Assembly: GCA_964529005.1 (NCBI GenBank)
Contig: CAZGUH010000012.1
Location: 57,007-81,006, forward strand
Origin: an uncultured Ilumatobacteraceae bacterium
GTDB lineage: Bacteria > Actinomycetota > Acidimicrobiia > Acidimicrobiales > Ilumatobacteraceae
DNA length: 24,000 nt
Direction: 5' to 3'
In this document: positions 15,089-24,000 of the stretch, piece after piece
How the letters are laid out: each line of letters opens with the position of its first letter
Position numbering within the stretch: the first letter of the stretch is position 1
The notes under the pieces: generated by a model
What the model saw: only the letters and a program-made list of their open reading frames with translations
Told to the model about the DNA's origin: nothing
The model's database searches: none
Translations under genes and position numbers: made by a program

Positions 15089-17796
15089 CATCGACGCGCA
15101 GCACAGCAAGCGAGCACACGCTGCTGGCGACGAAACTGCATGTGCCTCGGCGCAGGCGCGACTCAGTTCGGCGGGACCGCCTGATCGATCGGCTCGCGGC
15201 GACCAGCGACGCGTCGCTGACGCTGATCTCCGCTCCCGCCGGTTTCGGGAAGACGACGCTGCTCGCCGACTGGCTCGGCGCTGAGGGCGACGGCAACGGG
15301 GCGATCGCCTGGCTCGCCTTGGACGAGTCGGACAACGATCCCGGCGCGTTCTGGATGTACGTGATCGCTGCGGTCCAGCGCGCAGCGCCCGATGTCGGGG
15401 CCGCCGCGTCGACGGTCTTGCAATCGTCGCAACCCAGCACCGCGGTCGTGGCCGCGCTCGTCAACCATCTGCACGATCATCCCGGCCGCATCGTGCTCGT
15501 CCTCGACGACTACCACGCCATCCAGTCGACCGACGTGCACGCATCGGTCGCGCACCTCGTCGATCACGCTCCGCCGTCGTTGCGTCTCGTCCTCGCCAGT
15601 CGCTCCGATCCTCCGTTCCCGCTCGCACGCCTGCGTGCGCGCAGGCAGCTGGTGGAGATCCGCGCCAGTGACCTGCGCTTCACGCACGGCGAATCAGCGA
15701 GGTACCTCAACGACACGATGGGTCTCGGGCTCGGTGACGGAGACATCGACTCGCTGGGGACGAGAACCGAGGGATGGATCGCCGCGCTCCAGCTCGCTGC
15801 GCTGTCGCTCCAGGGACGTGACGACGCGGACCGGTTCATCGCCAACTTCGCCGGAGACGACCGCTTCGTCGTCGACTACCTCGTCGAGGAGGTGCTCGAT
15901 CGTCAGCCCGATGCCACCCGGCGGTTCCTCTTGCACACCGCGGTGCTCGACCGCTTGACGGGCAGCCTCTGCGACGCGGTGACCGAATCGACCGGGGGCC
16001 GAGCGATGCTCGAGCAACTCGATCGTGCGAACCTCTTCCTCGTCCCCCTCGACGACCGGCGGTACTGGTACCGCTATCACCATCTGTTCGCCGACGTCCT
16101 GCGCGCCCGGCTGGGTGACGAGGACCCGGCGATCGTCCGCGACCTCCACCGTCGCGCCAGCCGGTGGTTCGCAGACAACGACGAGCCCGCTGCCGCGGTC
16201 GAGCACGCCATGTCCGGCCGGCACGTCGACGACGCCGCGCGCCTCATCGAACTCGCCGCGCCCGCCCTGCGCCGCACCCGCCAGGAAGGCACGCTCCGCC
16301 GATGGTTGGAAGCACTGCCCGACGAGACGTTCACCGACCGCCCCGTTCTGGCCATCGCCCTCGTGGGCGCTCGCATGGCAACCGGCGACGTCACCGGCGT
16401 CGAGCCGCTGCTCGAGATCGTGGAAGCCGCGCTCGCGCGACCGGCGGCGGCGTCCACGGTGTTCGACCGCGAGATGTTCGACGGGCTGCCCGCACAGGTC
16501 GCCGTGCAGCGCGCCGGGCTCGCCCTGCTCGGCGGCGACCTCGACGGCACGATCATGCACGCGTCGCGCGCGCTCGGGCTCGTCGCGCAGACCGATCACC
16601 TCCGCCGGGCCGCCGCCACGGCGTTGCTCGGGCTTGCCCACTGGACGGCAGGAGAGCTCGACGACGCGGTCCGGCACTACACCGATGCGATCGCCGGCCT
16701 CGTCGCCGCCGACCACCTGCCCGACATGCTCGGCTGCTCCTTGGCGCTGGGCGACATCCTGATCGCCCAAGGCAAGCTCTCTTCTGCGAAGCTCACGTTC
16801 GACAGCGGCTTGCAATGCACGATCGAGCATCCGGGTCTGCGCGGCGCGGCGGACATGCACGTGGGGTTGAGCGAGGTGCTGATCGAACGCAACGAGCTCG
16901 ACGCGGCGGCGCGCCATCTGGCGATCAGCGATGAGCTCGGCGAGTCCGCCGGCCTTCCGCAATACGCCTACCGCTGGCGCGTCGTCATGGCCCGGCTGTG
17001 TCGCGCCCGGGGAGACCTCGAGCGCGCGCTCCAGCTGATCGACGAAGCAGCCCCGCGATACGACACCGATTTCTCACCGCCCGTCCGCCCCATCGCCGCG
17101 ATCCGCGCCCGCGTCCAACTCGGCGGCGAAGACCTCGGCGGGGCGCTCGCCTGGGCAGCCGCGAGCGGGCTCACACCCGGCGACGAGTTGAGCTACGTGC
17201 GCGAGTACGAACACATCACGCTCGCCCGCGCCCTCATCGCCCGCCACGACACCGAGCGCGCCTCCACCATCGACGACGCGATCGCGCTGCTCGACCGCCT
17301 TCTGGCTGCCGCGCTCACCGGTGGCCGAACGGGAAGCGCGATCGAGATCCTCATCCTCCAGGCCGCCGCTCGCCACGCCGCGGGCGACACGCCGGCTGCC
17401 GTCGCCGCGCTGGAGGACGCGCTGGGGCGCGCCGAGCCCGAGGGTCATGTCCGAATGTTCCTCCACGCTGGGCCAACAGTGACCGCGCTCCTCCGGTCCA
17501 TCGCGTCCCGCCGGTCGGCCACACCGCACGCCCGCCGTGTTCTGGCCGCAGTGGACGCGACCGCCGAACCGGCAACGGCCCCAGCGCCACCCGCCGCCAC
17601 GCTGATCGACCCGTTGAGCGCGCGCGAACTCGACGTGCTGCGTCTGCTGCGCACGGACCTCAGTGGCCCGGCCATCGCCCGAGAGCTCCACGTCTCGCTG
17701 AACACGTTGCGAACCCACACGAAGAACATCTTCACCAAGCTCGACGCCACCAGCCGGCGCGAAGCGCTGCGCCGCGCCGCAGAGCTCGGCCTCTGA
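15085..17796 (+). CDS. MalT-like large LuxR-type transcriptional activator (NTPase + TPR + LuxR HTH)
   Basis: Walker A SAPAGFGKTTLLADWL; VLVLDDYHAI; C-terminal LSARELDVLRLLRTDLSGPAIARELHVSLNTLRTHTKNIFTKLDATSRREALRRAAELGL; ATG overlaps the previous stop by 4 bp. Confidence 0.94.
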   Translation: MTSTRSTASEHTLLATKLHVPRRRRDSVRRDRLIDRLAATSDASLTLISAPAGFGKTTLLADWLGAEGDGNGAIAWLALDESDNDPGAFWMYVIAAVQRAAPDVGAAASTVLQSSQPSTAVVAALVNHLHDHPGRIVLVLDDYHAIQSTDVHASVAHLVDHAPPSLRLVLASRSDPPFPLARLRARRQLVEIRASDLRFTHGESARYLNDTMGLGLGDGDIDSLGTRTEGWIAALQLAALSLQGRDDADRFIANFAGDDRFVVDYLVEEVLDRQPDATRRFLLHTAVLDRLTGSLCDAVTESTGGRAMLEQLDRANLFLVPLDDRRYWYRYHHLFADVLRARLGDEDPAIVRDLHRRASRWFADNDEPAAAVEHAMSGRHVDDAARLIELAAPALRRTRQEGTLRRWLEALPDETFTDRPVLAIALVGARMATGDVTGVEPLLEIVEAALARPAAASTVFDREMFDGLPAQVAVQRAGLALLGGDLDGTIMHASRALGLVAQTDHLRRAAATALLGLAHWTAGELDDAVRHYTDAIAGLVAADHLPDMLGCSLALGDILIAQGKLSSAKLTFDSGLQCTIEHPGLRGAADMHVGLSEVLIERNELDAAARHLAISDELGESAGLPQYAYRWRVVMARLCRARGDLERALQLIDEAAPRYDTDFSPPVRPIAAIRARVQLGGEDLGGALAWAAASGLTPGDELSYVREYEHITLARALIARHDTERASTIDDAIALLDRLLAAALTGGRTGSAIEILILQAAARHAAGDTPAAVAALEDALGRAEPEGHVRMFLHAGPTVTALLRSIASRRSATPHARRVLAAVDATAEPATAPAPPAATLIDPLSARELDVLRLLRTDLSGPAIARELHVSLNTLRTHTKNIFTKLDATSRREALRRAAELGL

Positions 17797-17892
17797 AGCC
17801 CTCACCGAAGCGAGCCCGGGCGCAGGGCGGCGGCGATGCGTGTGCGTCGACCTGCATCTTCGCGGAATCACCAGGTGTAATCACCACATGAT

Positions 17893-18222
17893 GTGAGGCG
17901 CGCTCACCAGGTCGATTCGTACGTTGCCCCCGTGACCGCACACGACCGCAGCGACGACGACACCGCCGCCATCACGCCACGCAGTCACGCCGCCGAGCAG
18001 CACTACGAGATCACCGTGAAAGGCCACCTGACTCCTCGTTGGTCGACGTGGTTCGACGGACTCCAGATCACCCGCACTGCCGACGGGACCACCGTCATCA
18101 GCGGTCCGATCGTCGACCAGGCAGCGCTGCACGGCCTGCTGCACAAGCTCCGCGACCTGGGCATCCCGCTGATCTCGCTGACGACCACACCCGCACCCGA
18201 CACCCATCCCGAAAGGCCCTGA
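17893..18222 (+). CDS. Small hypothetical protein (GTG at 17893 or 17932)
   Basis: EQHYEITVKGHLTPRWSTWFDGLQITRTADGTTVISGPIVDQAALHGLLHKLRDLGIPLISLTTT; abuts the next gene at 18224. Confidence 0.75.
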   Translation: MRRAHQVDSYVAPVTAHDRSDDDTAAITPRSHAAEQHYEITVKGHLTPRWSTWFDGLQITRTADGTTVISGPIVDQAALHGLLHKLRDLGIPLISLTTTPAPDTHPERP

Positions 18223-18223
18223 C

Positions 18224-18994
18224 ATGCGCTCCATCGCCACCAACCCGACCACAGCCGATGCCCCGCCGTCGATGACGCCCGCCCGCAAGGCGGCGCTCAT
18301 CGCCGGCGTCGCGTACCTCGCCACGTTCGTCTTCTCGATCCCGGTCAAGTTCGGGCTGTGGAAGGACGCGATCGACAAGCCCGACTTCATCCTCGGCGCC
18401 GGCAACGACGGCGGCATTCGCCTCGGCGCGATCTTCGAAGTGCTGACCGGGCTCGGCGGCGTCGTCTCCGCCGTCGCCCTGTATGCGGTCGCCAGGCGCT
18501 ACAGCATTCGATCCGCGCTCGGCTTCGTCACGACGAGGGTCATGGAGTCCATGGTCATCTTCGTCGGCGTGATCGCGATGCTCACGATGTACACGCTGCG
18601 CCACAACCCGGTCGGTGGCGACGACGCCATGTCCACCATGGGGCGAGCGCTGCTGGCGATCCACGACTGGACGTTCCTGCTCGGTCCCGGCCTGATGTCC
18701 GCTCTCAATGCTCTGTGCATCGCCACCGTGATGCGTCGCTCCGGCCTGCTGCCCCGATGGATCCCGACCCTCGGCCTGGTCGGCGCACCGATGCTGCTCA
18801 CGTCGAGCACGGCGGCCCTCTACGGCGTGTGGGACCAGGTGTCCGCACCGTCGATGGTCATGACGCTGCCGATCGCCGTGTGGGAGTTCTCGTTCGGTGT
18901 CTACATGACGGTCAAGGGATTCCGGACAGTGCCCGAGGCCGCCGAGACGTCCTTCGGCGCCAACACCGACGTCACCCCGGCGCTCGCCGCCTGA
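18224..18994 (+). CDS. DUF4386-like membrane protein
   Basis: ARKAALIAGVAYLATFVFSIPVKF..., RLGAIFEVLTGLGGVVSAVALYAVARRYS, GLLPRWIPTLGLVGAPMLL. Confidence 0.85.
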   Translation: MRSIATNPTTADAPPSMTPARKAALIAGVAYLATFVFSIPVKFGLWKDAIDKPDFILGAGNDGGIRLGAIFEVLTGLGGVVSAVALYAVARRYSIRSALGFVTTRVMESMVIFVGVIAMLTMYTLRHNPVGGDDAMSTMGRALLAIHDWTFLLGPGLMSALNALCIATVMRRSGLLPRWIPTLGLVGAPMLLTSSTAALYGVWDQVSAPSMVMTLPIAVWEFSFGVYMTVKGFRTVPEAAETSFGANTDVTPALAA

Positions 18995-18999
18995 TCGAC

Positions 19000-19938
19000 A
19001 TGATCCAGGTCGCCCACGTCACCAAGCGATACGGGTCAACCGTCGCCGTCGACGGGCTGAGCTTCGACGTTCGGGCCGGGGAAGTCACAGGCTTCCTCGG
19101 CCCGAACGGCGCCGGCAAGTCCACCACCATGCGCATGATGGTCGGTCTCGATTCGCCCACGAGCGGCGCCGTGACCATCAACGGGAAGCGCTACGCAGAC
19201 CTCCGCCACCCGCTGCGCCACGTCGGCGCCCTGTTCGAAGCCCGCGCCATCCACCCCGGCCGCAGCGCACGCAACCACCTGCTGGCGCTGGCGCATTCGA
19301 ACGGGATCGGCCGGCGGCGAGTCGACCAGGTGCTCGAACTGGTCGGGCTGACCGACGTCGCCGGCCGCCGCGCCGGCGGCTTCTCGCTCGGCATGGGCCA
19401 GCGCCTCGGCATCGCCGCCGCGCTCCTCGGCGATCCATCCACGCTGATCCTCGACGAGCCGGTCAACGGACTCGACCCCGAAGGCATCCAGTGGATCCGT
19501 CAACTCCTGCGTTCCTTCGCCGCCGAGGGCCGCGCCGTGCTGGTGTCCAGTCACCTGATGAGCGAGATGGCCGTCACGGCCGACCGGCTGATCGTGATCG
19601 GCAAAGGCCGACTCATCACGGAAGGCACCGTCGACGACGTCGTCCGGTCGAGCACGGGCAGCCACGTCCATGTCGCCTGCGCCGAGCCTGAGGAGCTCCG
19701 TGCCCTGCTCGCGCGCGAAGGGGCAGCCGTCCACGTGAATGCCGACGGCTCCTTCCTCGTATCAGGGATCGACGCGCGTTCCATCGGAGCGATCGCTGCC
19801 GCGGCCGGCATCGCGCTCCACGAGCTGACACCACGCACCGCATCGCTCGAGGACGCCTACATGGAGCTCACCCGAGAATCAGCCGAGTACCGCACGAACC
19901 GACCACTGGCCACCGCCGGCCGAGGAGCACCGACATGA
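19000..19938 (+). CDS. ABC transporter ATP-binding protein (ABC-2 type exporter)
   Basis: Walker A GPNGAGKST; signature FSLGMGQRLGIAAALLGDPSTLILDEPVNGLDPEG. The ORF-track start at 18358 is in-frame read-through of the antecedent gene; the ATG at 19000 starts the homology. Confidence 0.95.
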   Translation: MIQVAHVTKRYGSTVAVDGLSFDVRAGEVTGFLGPNGAGKSTTMRMMVGLDSPTSGAVTINGKRYADLRHPLRHVGALFEARAIHPGRSARNHLLALAHSNGIGRRRVDQVLELVGLTDVAGRRAGGFSLGMGQRLGIAAALLGDPSTLILDEPVNGLDPEGIQWIRQLLRSFAAEGRAVLVSSHLMSEMAVTADRLIVIGKGRLITEGTVDDVVRSSTGSHVHVACAEPEELRALLAREGAAVHVNADGSFLVSGIDARSIGAIAAAAGIALHELTPRTASLEDAYMELTRESAEYRTNRPLATAGRGAPT

Positions 19939-20765
19939 CCATTTCCATGATCCACGCGTCCACCGATCGCCAGGCGCCGCCCCGGTCGATCGGCGTGCTG
20001 CTCGCAGCCACGCGGTCGGAGTGGACCAAGATGCGGTCGGTCCGATCGACGATCTGGACCGTGGTCGCGGCCATCGCGCTCGCGGTCGGGTTCGGTTCCC
20101 TCGTCACGGTCAGCCAGGTCAACGACTGGGAGTCGCTCAGCCCCGGCGAGCAGGCACGGTTCGACCCCGCGTGGCTCAGCCTCAGCGGCCTGTTCCTGGC
20201 GCAGTTGGCGATGGGCGTGCTCGGAGTGCTGATGATCACGTCCGAGTACGCCACCGGCCAGATCCGCTCCACGCTCGCGGCGACGCCACAGCGGCTCACG
20301 ATGCTGGCGGCGAAGGCATCCGCGTTCGTGGCGGTCGTCGTGGTCGCCGGGTTCGTCACGACGTGCGTGTCGTTCGTGACCGGGCAGGCCATCTTCTCGA
20401 CCAAGGGTCTCGACGTCTCGATCGGCGACCCGGGTGTCGCTCGCGCCGTCGTCGGCGGAGCGCTCTACCTGACGACGGTCGGATTGCTCGGCCTCGGAAT
20501 CGGCACGATCGTCCGCCGCACCGCGGGCGCCATCACCACCCTCGTCGCGTTGCTCCTCGTCGTCCCGATCGTGTCCGGATTCCTGCCTGCCTCGTGGAAC
20601 CACAACGTCGGCAAGTACCTGCCGGCGGGCGCCGGCATGGCGATCATCAACGTCGTGCCCGAGCCCGGATCGCTTGCCCCGTGGAGCGGCCTCGCGGTGT
20701 TCGTCGGCTATGCGGCCGCGGCTCTCGTCCTCGGCGGCGCACTCCTGCGCCGGCTGGACGTGTGA
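19935..20765 (+). CDS. ABC transporter permease (ABC-2 type)
   Basis: ATG overlaps the ATPase stop by 4 bp; TKMRSVRSTIWTVVAAIALAVGFGSL... LGVLMITSEYATGQIRSTLAATPQRLTMLAAK is typical of this permease family. Confidence 0.9.
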   Translation: MTISMIHASTDRQAPPRSIGVLLAATRSEWTKMRSVRSTIWTVVAAIALAVGFGSLVTVSQVNDWESLSPGEQARFDPAWLSLSGLFLAQLAMGVLGVLMITSEYATGQIRSTLAATPQRLTMLAAKASAFVAVVVVAGFVTTCVSFVTGQAIFSTKGLDVSIGDPGVARAVVGGALYLTTVGLLGLGIGTIVRRTAGAITTLVALLLVVPIVSGFLPASWNHNVGKYLPAGAGMAIINVVPEPGSLAPWSGLAVFVGYAAAALVLGGALLRRLDV

Positions 20766-20788
20766 GCGACGTGAATGCCACGCGGTCG

Positions 20789-22427
20789 TCAGCGTTGGGT
20801 GTGCGCAAGGGCGCGCAGCGCGGCCTGAGCGCTGTCGGTCCCGGCCCGAAGCACCCCGTCCACCACACGCGGCAAGGCCAGCGGATTGGCACGCTTGACG
20901 CCGTCTGGCAGCAGCGCATCCGGCAGATCCTGGTAGCAGACGGGGCGCAGGAAGCGGCGGACCGCGGTGGCGCCGACCGATGTGCACGCCGCATTGGAGG
21001 TCGCCGGGAACGGGCCGCCGTGCACCATGGCGTGGCTGACCTCGACGCCGGTCGGGTAGCCGTTGGCCAGGATGCGGCCGGCCTTGCGTTCCAGCACGGG
21101 CAGCATGGATTGCGCCAGGGGGAGATCGGCGTCATCGATGACCAGCGTCGCGGTGAGCTGGCCTTCCAGGTGCTCGGCCACCGCCATCATCTGGCCGATG
21201 TCGCGGCAGGCGACGACGAGCGAGGCCGGGCCGAAGACTTCGGCCTCGAGTTCGGGCGAGGCCAGGAAGCGGTCGGCGTCCGTGCCGAAGAGGACCGGGC
21301 CCGCGGCGTTGGCCGTGGGCCGAGGGGCGTCGCTTCTGCCCAGTGTGACGACGCCGGCATGCCTGGCCAGCGCGTCGGCGCCGCGCTCGTACGCGGCGAA
21401 GATGCCCGGCGTCAACATGGTGGCCGCGTCCTTGGCTGCGACAGCCTGGGCAGCCGCCTGGCGGAAGCGTTCCAGCGCCGCACCTTCGATGCCGATGACC
21501 AAGCCCGGGTTGGTGCAGTACTGGCCCACGCCCAGCGCGAGCGAATCGACGAAGTCGCGGGCGATCGCCTCGGCACGCGCGTCCAGCGCGGCGGGCAGCA
21601 GGAACACCGGGTTGATGCTCGACATCTCGGCGTAGACGGGAATCGGCACCGGTCGGGCGTTGGCGGCGGCGACCAGCGCCAGGCCGCCACGGCGCGAGCC
21701 GGTGAAGCCGACGGCAGCGATCGCCGGATGCGTGGTGAGCGCCGTGCCGATGTCATCACCTGCGCCGAACAGCAGCGAGAACGTGCCCTCGGGCAGGCGA
21801 TGGTCGGCGACTGCGGCCTGGATCACGCGGCCGACCAACTCGGACGTGCCCGGGTGGGCATTGTGGGCCTTGACGATCACAGGGCAACCGGCGGCCAGCG
21901 CCGACGCGGTGTCACCCCCTGCGACGGAGAAGGCCAGGGGGAAAGTTGCTGGCGCCGAACACGGCGACGGGGCCCAGCGGCACGTTGGCCAGACGTAGGT
22001 CGGCGCGCGGCACCGGCTGGCGGTCGGGCTGAGCGGGGTCGATCGTGGCGTCCAGGAAGTAGCCGTCGCGGACCACGCGGGCGAACAGGCGCAACTGGTG
22101 GACGGTGCGGGCGCGTTCTGCCTGCAGGCGGGCCGGCGGCAAGCCGGTCTCCAGACGGGTGCGTTCGATCAGCGCGTCGCCGAGCGCCATGATGCCCTCG
22201 CCGATGGTCTCCAGGAATTGGGCGCGGGTCTCCAGCGGCGTGGCGCGGTACCGGTCGAAGGCCATGCGCGCCAGTTCGGCAGCGCGGGCGACGTCGTCGG
22301 ACGAGCCGGCGGGAAAGCCCGGTTCGAGGCGTTCGCCGGTGGCGGGGTTGACCGCAAACTCGGCGGCGCCGGATCCGAGAACGGCGCGGGCACCGATCAA
22401 CATGCGGCCGGTCGGGGTCATCGTCAT
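20789..22427 (-). pseudogene. Alpha-ketoglutarate-semialdehyde dehydrogenase (aldehyde dehydrogenase family) interrupted by a frameshift
   Basis: N-terminal part in ORF 21912-22427 (AVNPATGE...[12 protein letters not shown]) and C-terminal part in ORF 20789-21880 ([15 protein letters not shown]...[14 protein letters not shown]...GQYCTNPGL...[10 protein letters not shown]). Removing one C from the CCCCC run (plus-strand G5, 21937-21941) restores ...[29 protein letters not shown]... Confidence 0.88.
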
Positions 22428-22472
22428 CTCCGAGATCGGGGATCGGGGCTGGCAGGAGGGCTCGCGTGACGT

Positions 22473-23387
22473 CTATTGCGGGCCGAGCTTCCTGATCAGC
22501 GCGTCGAGCATGTCGAGCTCGTCGGCGGTCAGGTCGGTCAGCGGCGGCCGCACCGGGCCAGCGTCGTGCCCGACGAGCTTGGCGCCGGCTTTGACGATGC
22601 TCACGGCGTAGCCGGCCGTGCGGTTGCGGATGTCAAGGTAGGGCAGGAAGAAGTCGTCGAGCAGTCGGTTGGTGGTGTCGGAGTCCCCGGCGGCGACGGC
22701 GCGGGCGAACTCCATCGCGGTCGTGGGCACGAAGTTGAAGACGGCCGAGGAGTACACCGGCACGCCCACCGCGCGGTAGGCCGCGGCAAAGACCTCGGCG
22801 GTGGGCAGGCCGCCCAGGTACGAGAGACGGTCACCCAGCCTGCGGCGGATGCGCACCATGGCTTCGATGTCGCCCACACCGTCTTTGAGGCCGACGAGGT
22901 TCGGGCAGCGCTCGGCCAGGCGGGCCAGGCTGTCGGCCGACAGGCGCGACTGGGCGCGGTTGTAGACGATGACGCCGATCTGGACCGACGCGCAGACCTG
23001 TTCGACGTGCGCGACGATGCCGTCTTGCGTGGCCTCGGTCAGGTAGTGGGGCAGCAGCAGGATGCCCTTGGCGCCGCAGCGCTCGGCTTCCTGGGCATAC
23101 GCGATGGCCGTGCGAGTCGGGCCGCCGGCGCCGGCCAGGATCGGCACCTTGCCGGCGCACGTGTGCACGGCGGTGCGGACCACGTCCGAGAACTCCTGCG
23201 GAGCCAGCGAGAAGAACTCGCCCGTGCCGCCGGCGGCGAACAGCGCGGTGGCGTTGTACGGAGCCAGCCATTCCAGACGAGCCGCATAGGCCGTCGAGTT
23301 GAAGTCACCGGCCTGGTCGAAGTCCGTCACCGGAAAGGAGAGCAGACCTTCGGACAGGATCTCCTTGAGCTCCTGGGGGCTGGTCAT
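22473..23387 (-). CDS. kdgD: 5-dehydro-4-deoxyglucarate dehydratase
   Basis: DapA/KdgD-type: [68 protein letters not shown]; start at the ATG at 23387. Confidence 0.9.
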   Translation of the reverse strand: MTSPQELKEILSEGLLSFPVTDFDQAGDFNSTAYAARLEWLAPYNATALFAAGGTGEFFSLAPQEFSDVVRTAVHTCAGKVPILAGAGGPTRTAIAYAQEAERCGAKGILLLPHYLTEATQDGIVAHVEQVCASVQIGVIVYNRAQSRLSADSLARLAERCPNLVGLKDGVGDIEAMVRIRRRLGDRLSYLGGLPTAEVFAAAYRAVGVPVYSSAVFNFVPTTAMEFARAVAAGDSDTTNRLLDDFFLPYLDIRNRTAGYAVSIVKAGAKLVGHDAGPVRPPLTDLTADELDMLDALIRKLGPQ

Positions 23388-23409
23388 CGTGTGGTGCTCC
23401 TCTGACGGT

Positions 23410-24000
23410 TCACGTGACGGGACCGGGGTTGAACAGCGCGAGCGCGTTGTGCAGCTCGAGTCGTTCCGCACACGTCTGCTGGCGGCCACTGGCCACGTCG
23501 AGCATCAGCCGGAACAGCTCCCAACCGACATCGTCGATGGTCGCCTGGCCCGTGGCGATGCGGCCGGCGTTCACGTCGATCAGGTCGTGCCAGCGGCGCG
23601 CCAGGCTGTCGCGCGTTGCGACCTTGATCACCGGCACGTGCGCCAGGCCGTAGGGCGTGCCGCGTCCGGTGGTGAAGACGTGCAGGTTCATGCCGGCGGC
23701 CAGTTGCAGGGTGCCGCAGATGAAGTCGCTGGCGGGCGTGGCAGCGAAGATCAGGCCCTTCTGCGTCAGCCGGTCGCCCGGCGCCAACACGCCGTGGATG
23801 GGCGAGGAGCCCGACTTCACGATCGACCCCATCGCCTTCTCGACGATGTTCGACAGGCCACCCTGCTTGTTGCCCGGACTGGTGTTGGCGCTGCGATCGG
23901 CCATCCCGCGTTGCAGGTACTCGTCGTACCAGGCCATCTCGCGCACTAACGCCTCCGCCACCTCGGGCGTGGCCGCGCGGGCCGTCAACTGGTCGATGGC
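23410..24000 (-). CDS. garD: Galactarate dehydratase, C-terminal part (truncated by window edge)
   Basis: [97 protein letters not shown]; the frame stays open to base 24000. Confidence 0.87.
   Translation of the reverse strand, partial: AIDQLTARAATPEVAEALVREMAWYDEYLQRGMADRSANTSPGNKQGGLSNIVEKAMGSIVKSGSSPIHGVLAPGDRLTQKGLIFAATPASDFICGTLQLAAGMNLHVFTTGRGTPYGLAHVPVIKVATRDSLARRWHDLIDVNAGRIATGQATIDDVGWELFRLMLDVASGRQQTCAERLELHNALALFNPGPVT

Noticed and set aside
15694-16962. 422-aa minus-strand ORF antisense to the MalT-like gene
   Set aside because: Shadow ORF; the plus strand has Walker A and LuxR HTH motifs.
17797-17892. Possible terminator near GAGCCCGGGCGC after the MalT-like gene
   Set aside because: Only a short self-complementary GCCCGGGC core with no convincing loop or stem.
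18358-18999. N-terminal extension of the ABC ATPase ORF
   Set aside because: Out-of-frame read-through of the DUF4386-like gene; ATPase homology begins at the ATG at 19000.
20021-22192. 723-aa plus-strand ORF spanning the junction at 20766-20789
   Set aside because: It looked like a fusion protein across the boundary, but the translation is His/Arg/Gly-rich shadow sequence overlapping the permease frame and antisense to the dehydrogenase; no domain recognised.
1-24000. CRISPR arrays, tandem repeats, tRNA/rRNA, insertion sequences or known anti-phage gene sets
   Set aside because: Looked for regularly spaced repeats, transposase/integrase motifs and clustered defence domains; none recognised by eye. 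The Fic protein alone does not justify calling a defence or toxin-antitoxin system because no separate antitoxin gene is adjacent.

Overview
High-GC window that reads as two regions. (1) 1 to ~20,765 is dense, actinobacterial-style DNA. It encodes a Fic protein, a zinc alcohol dehydrogenase, a lipoprotein, a MarR-ClC pair, a TetR/VOC/MBL-fold cluster, a DUF5996-like protein, a PadR regulator, ModA, and a molybdopterin oxidoreductase with a 161-aa partner. These are followed by a membrane protein, a CPYC-containing thioredoxin-reductase-like flavoprotein divergent from an XRE-cupin regulator, a large MalT-like LuxR ATPase, a small hypothetical protein, a DUF4386-like membrane protein and an ABC ATPase/permease pair. 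(2) ~20,789 to 24,000 is a glucarate/galactarate catabolic block resembling proteobacterial operons: partial garD, kdgD and an alpha-ketoglutarate-semialdehyde dehydrogenase broken by a +1 frameshift. The main points of interest are: the Mo enzyme has lost the usual N-terminal [4Fe-4S] cysteines and is translationally coupled to a small His/acid-rich helical protein; there is an abrupt junction into the sugar-acid operon with a single-base lesion; several genes have leaderless-style -10 elements; there are short perfect palindromes at the modA and XRE/TrxR-like promoters; and convergent genes repeatedly overlap at their 3' ends. No CRISPR array, tRNA, rRNA or transposase was recognised.
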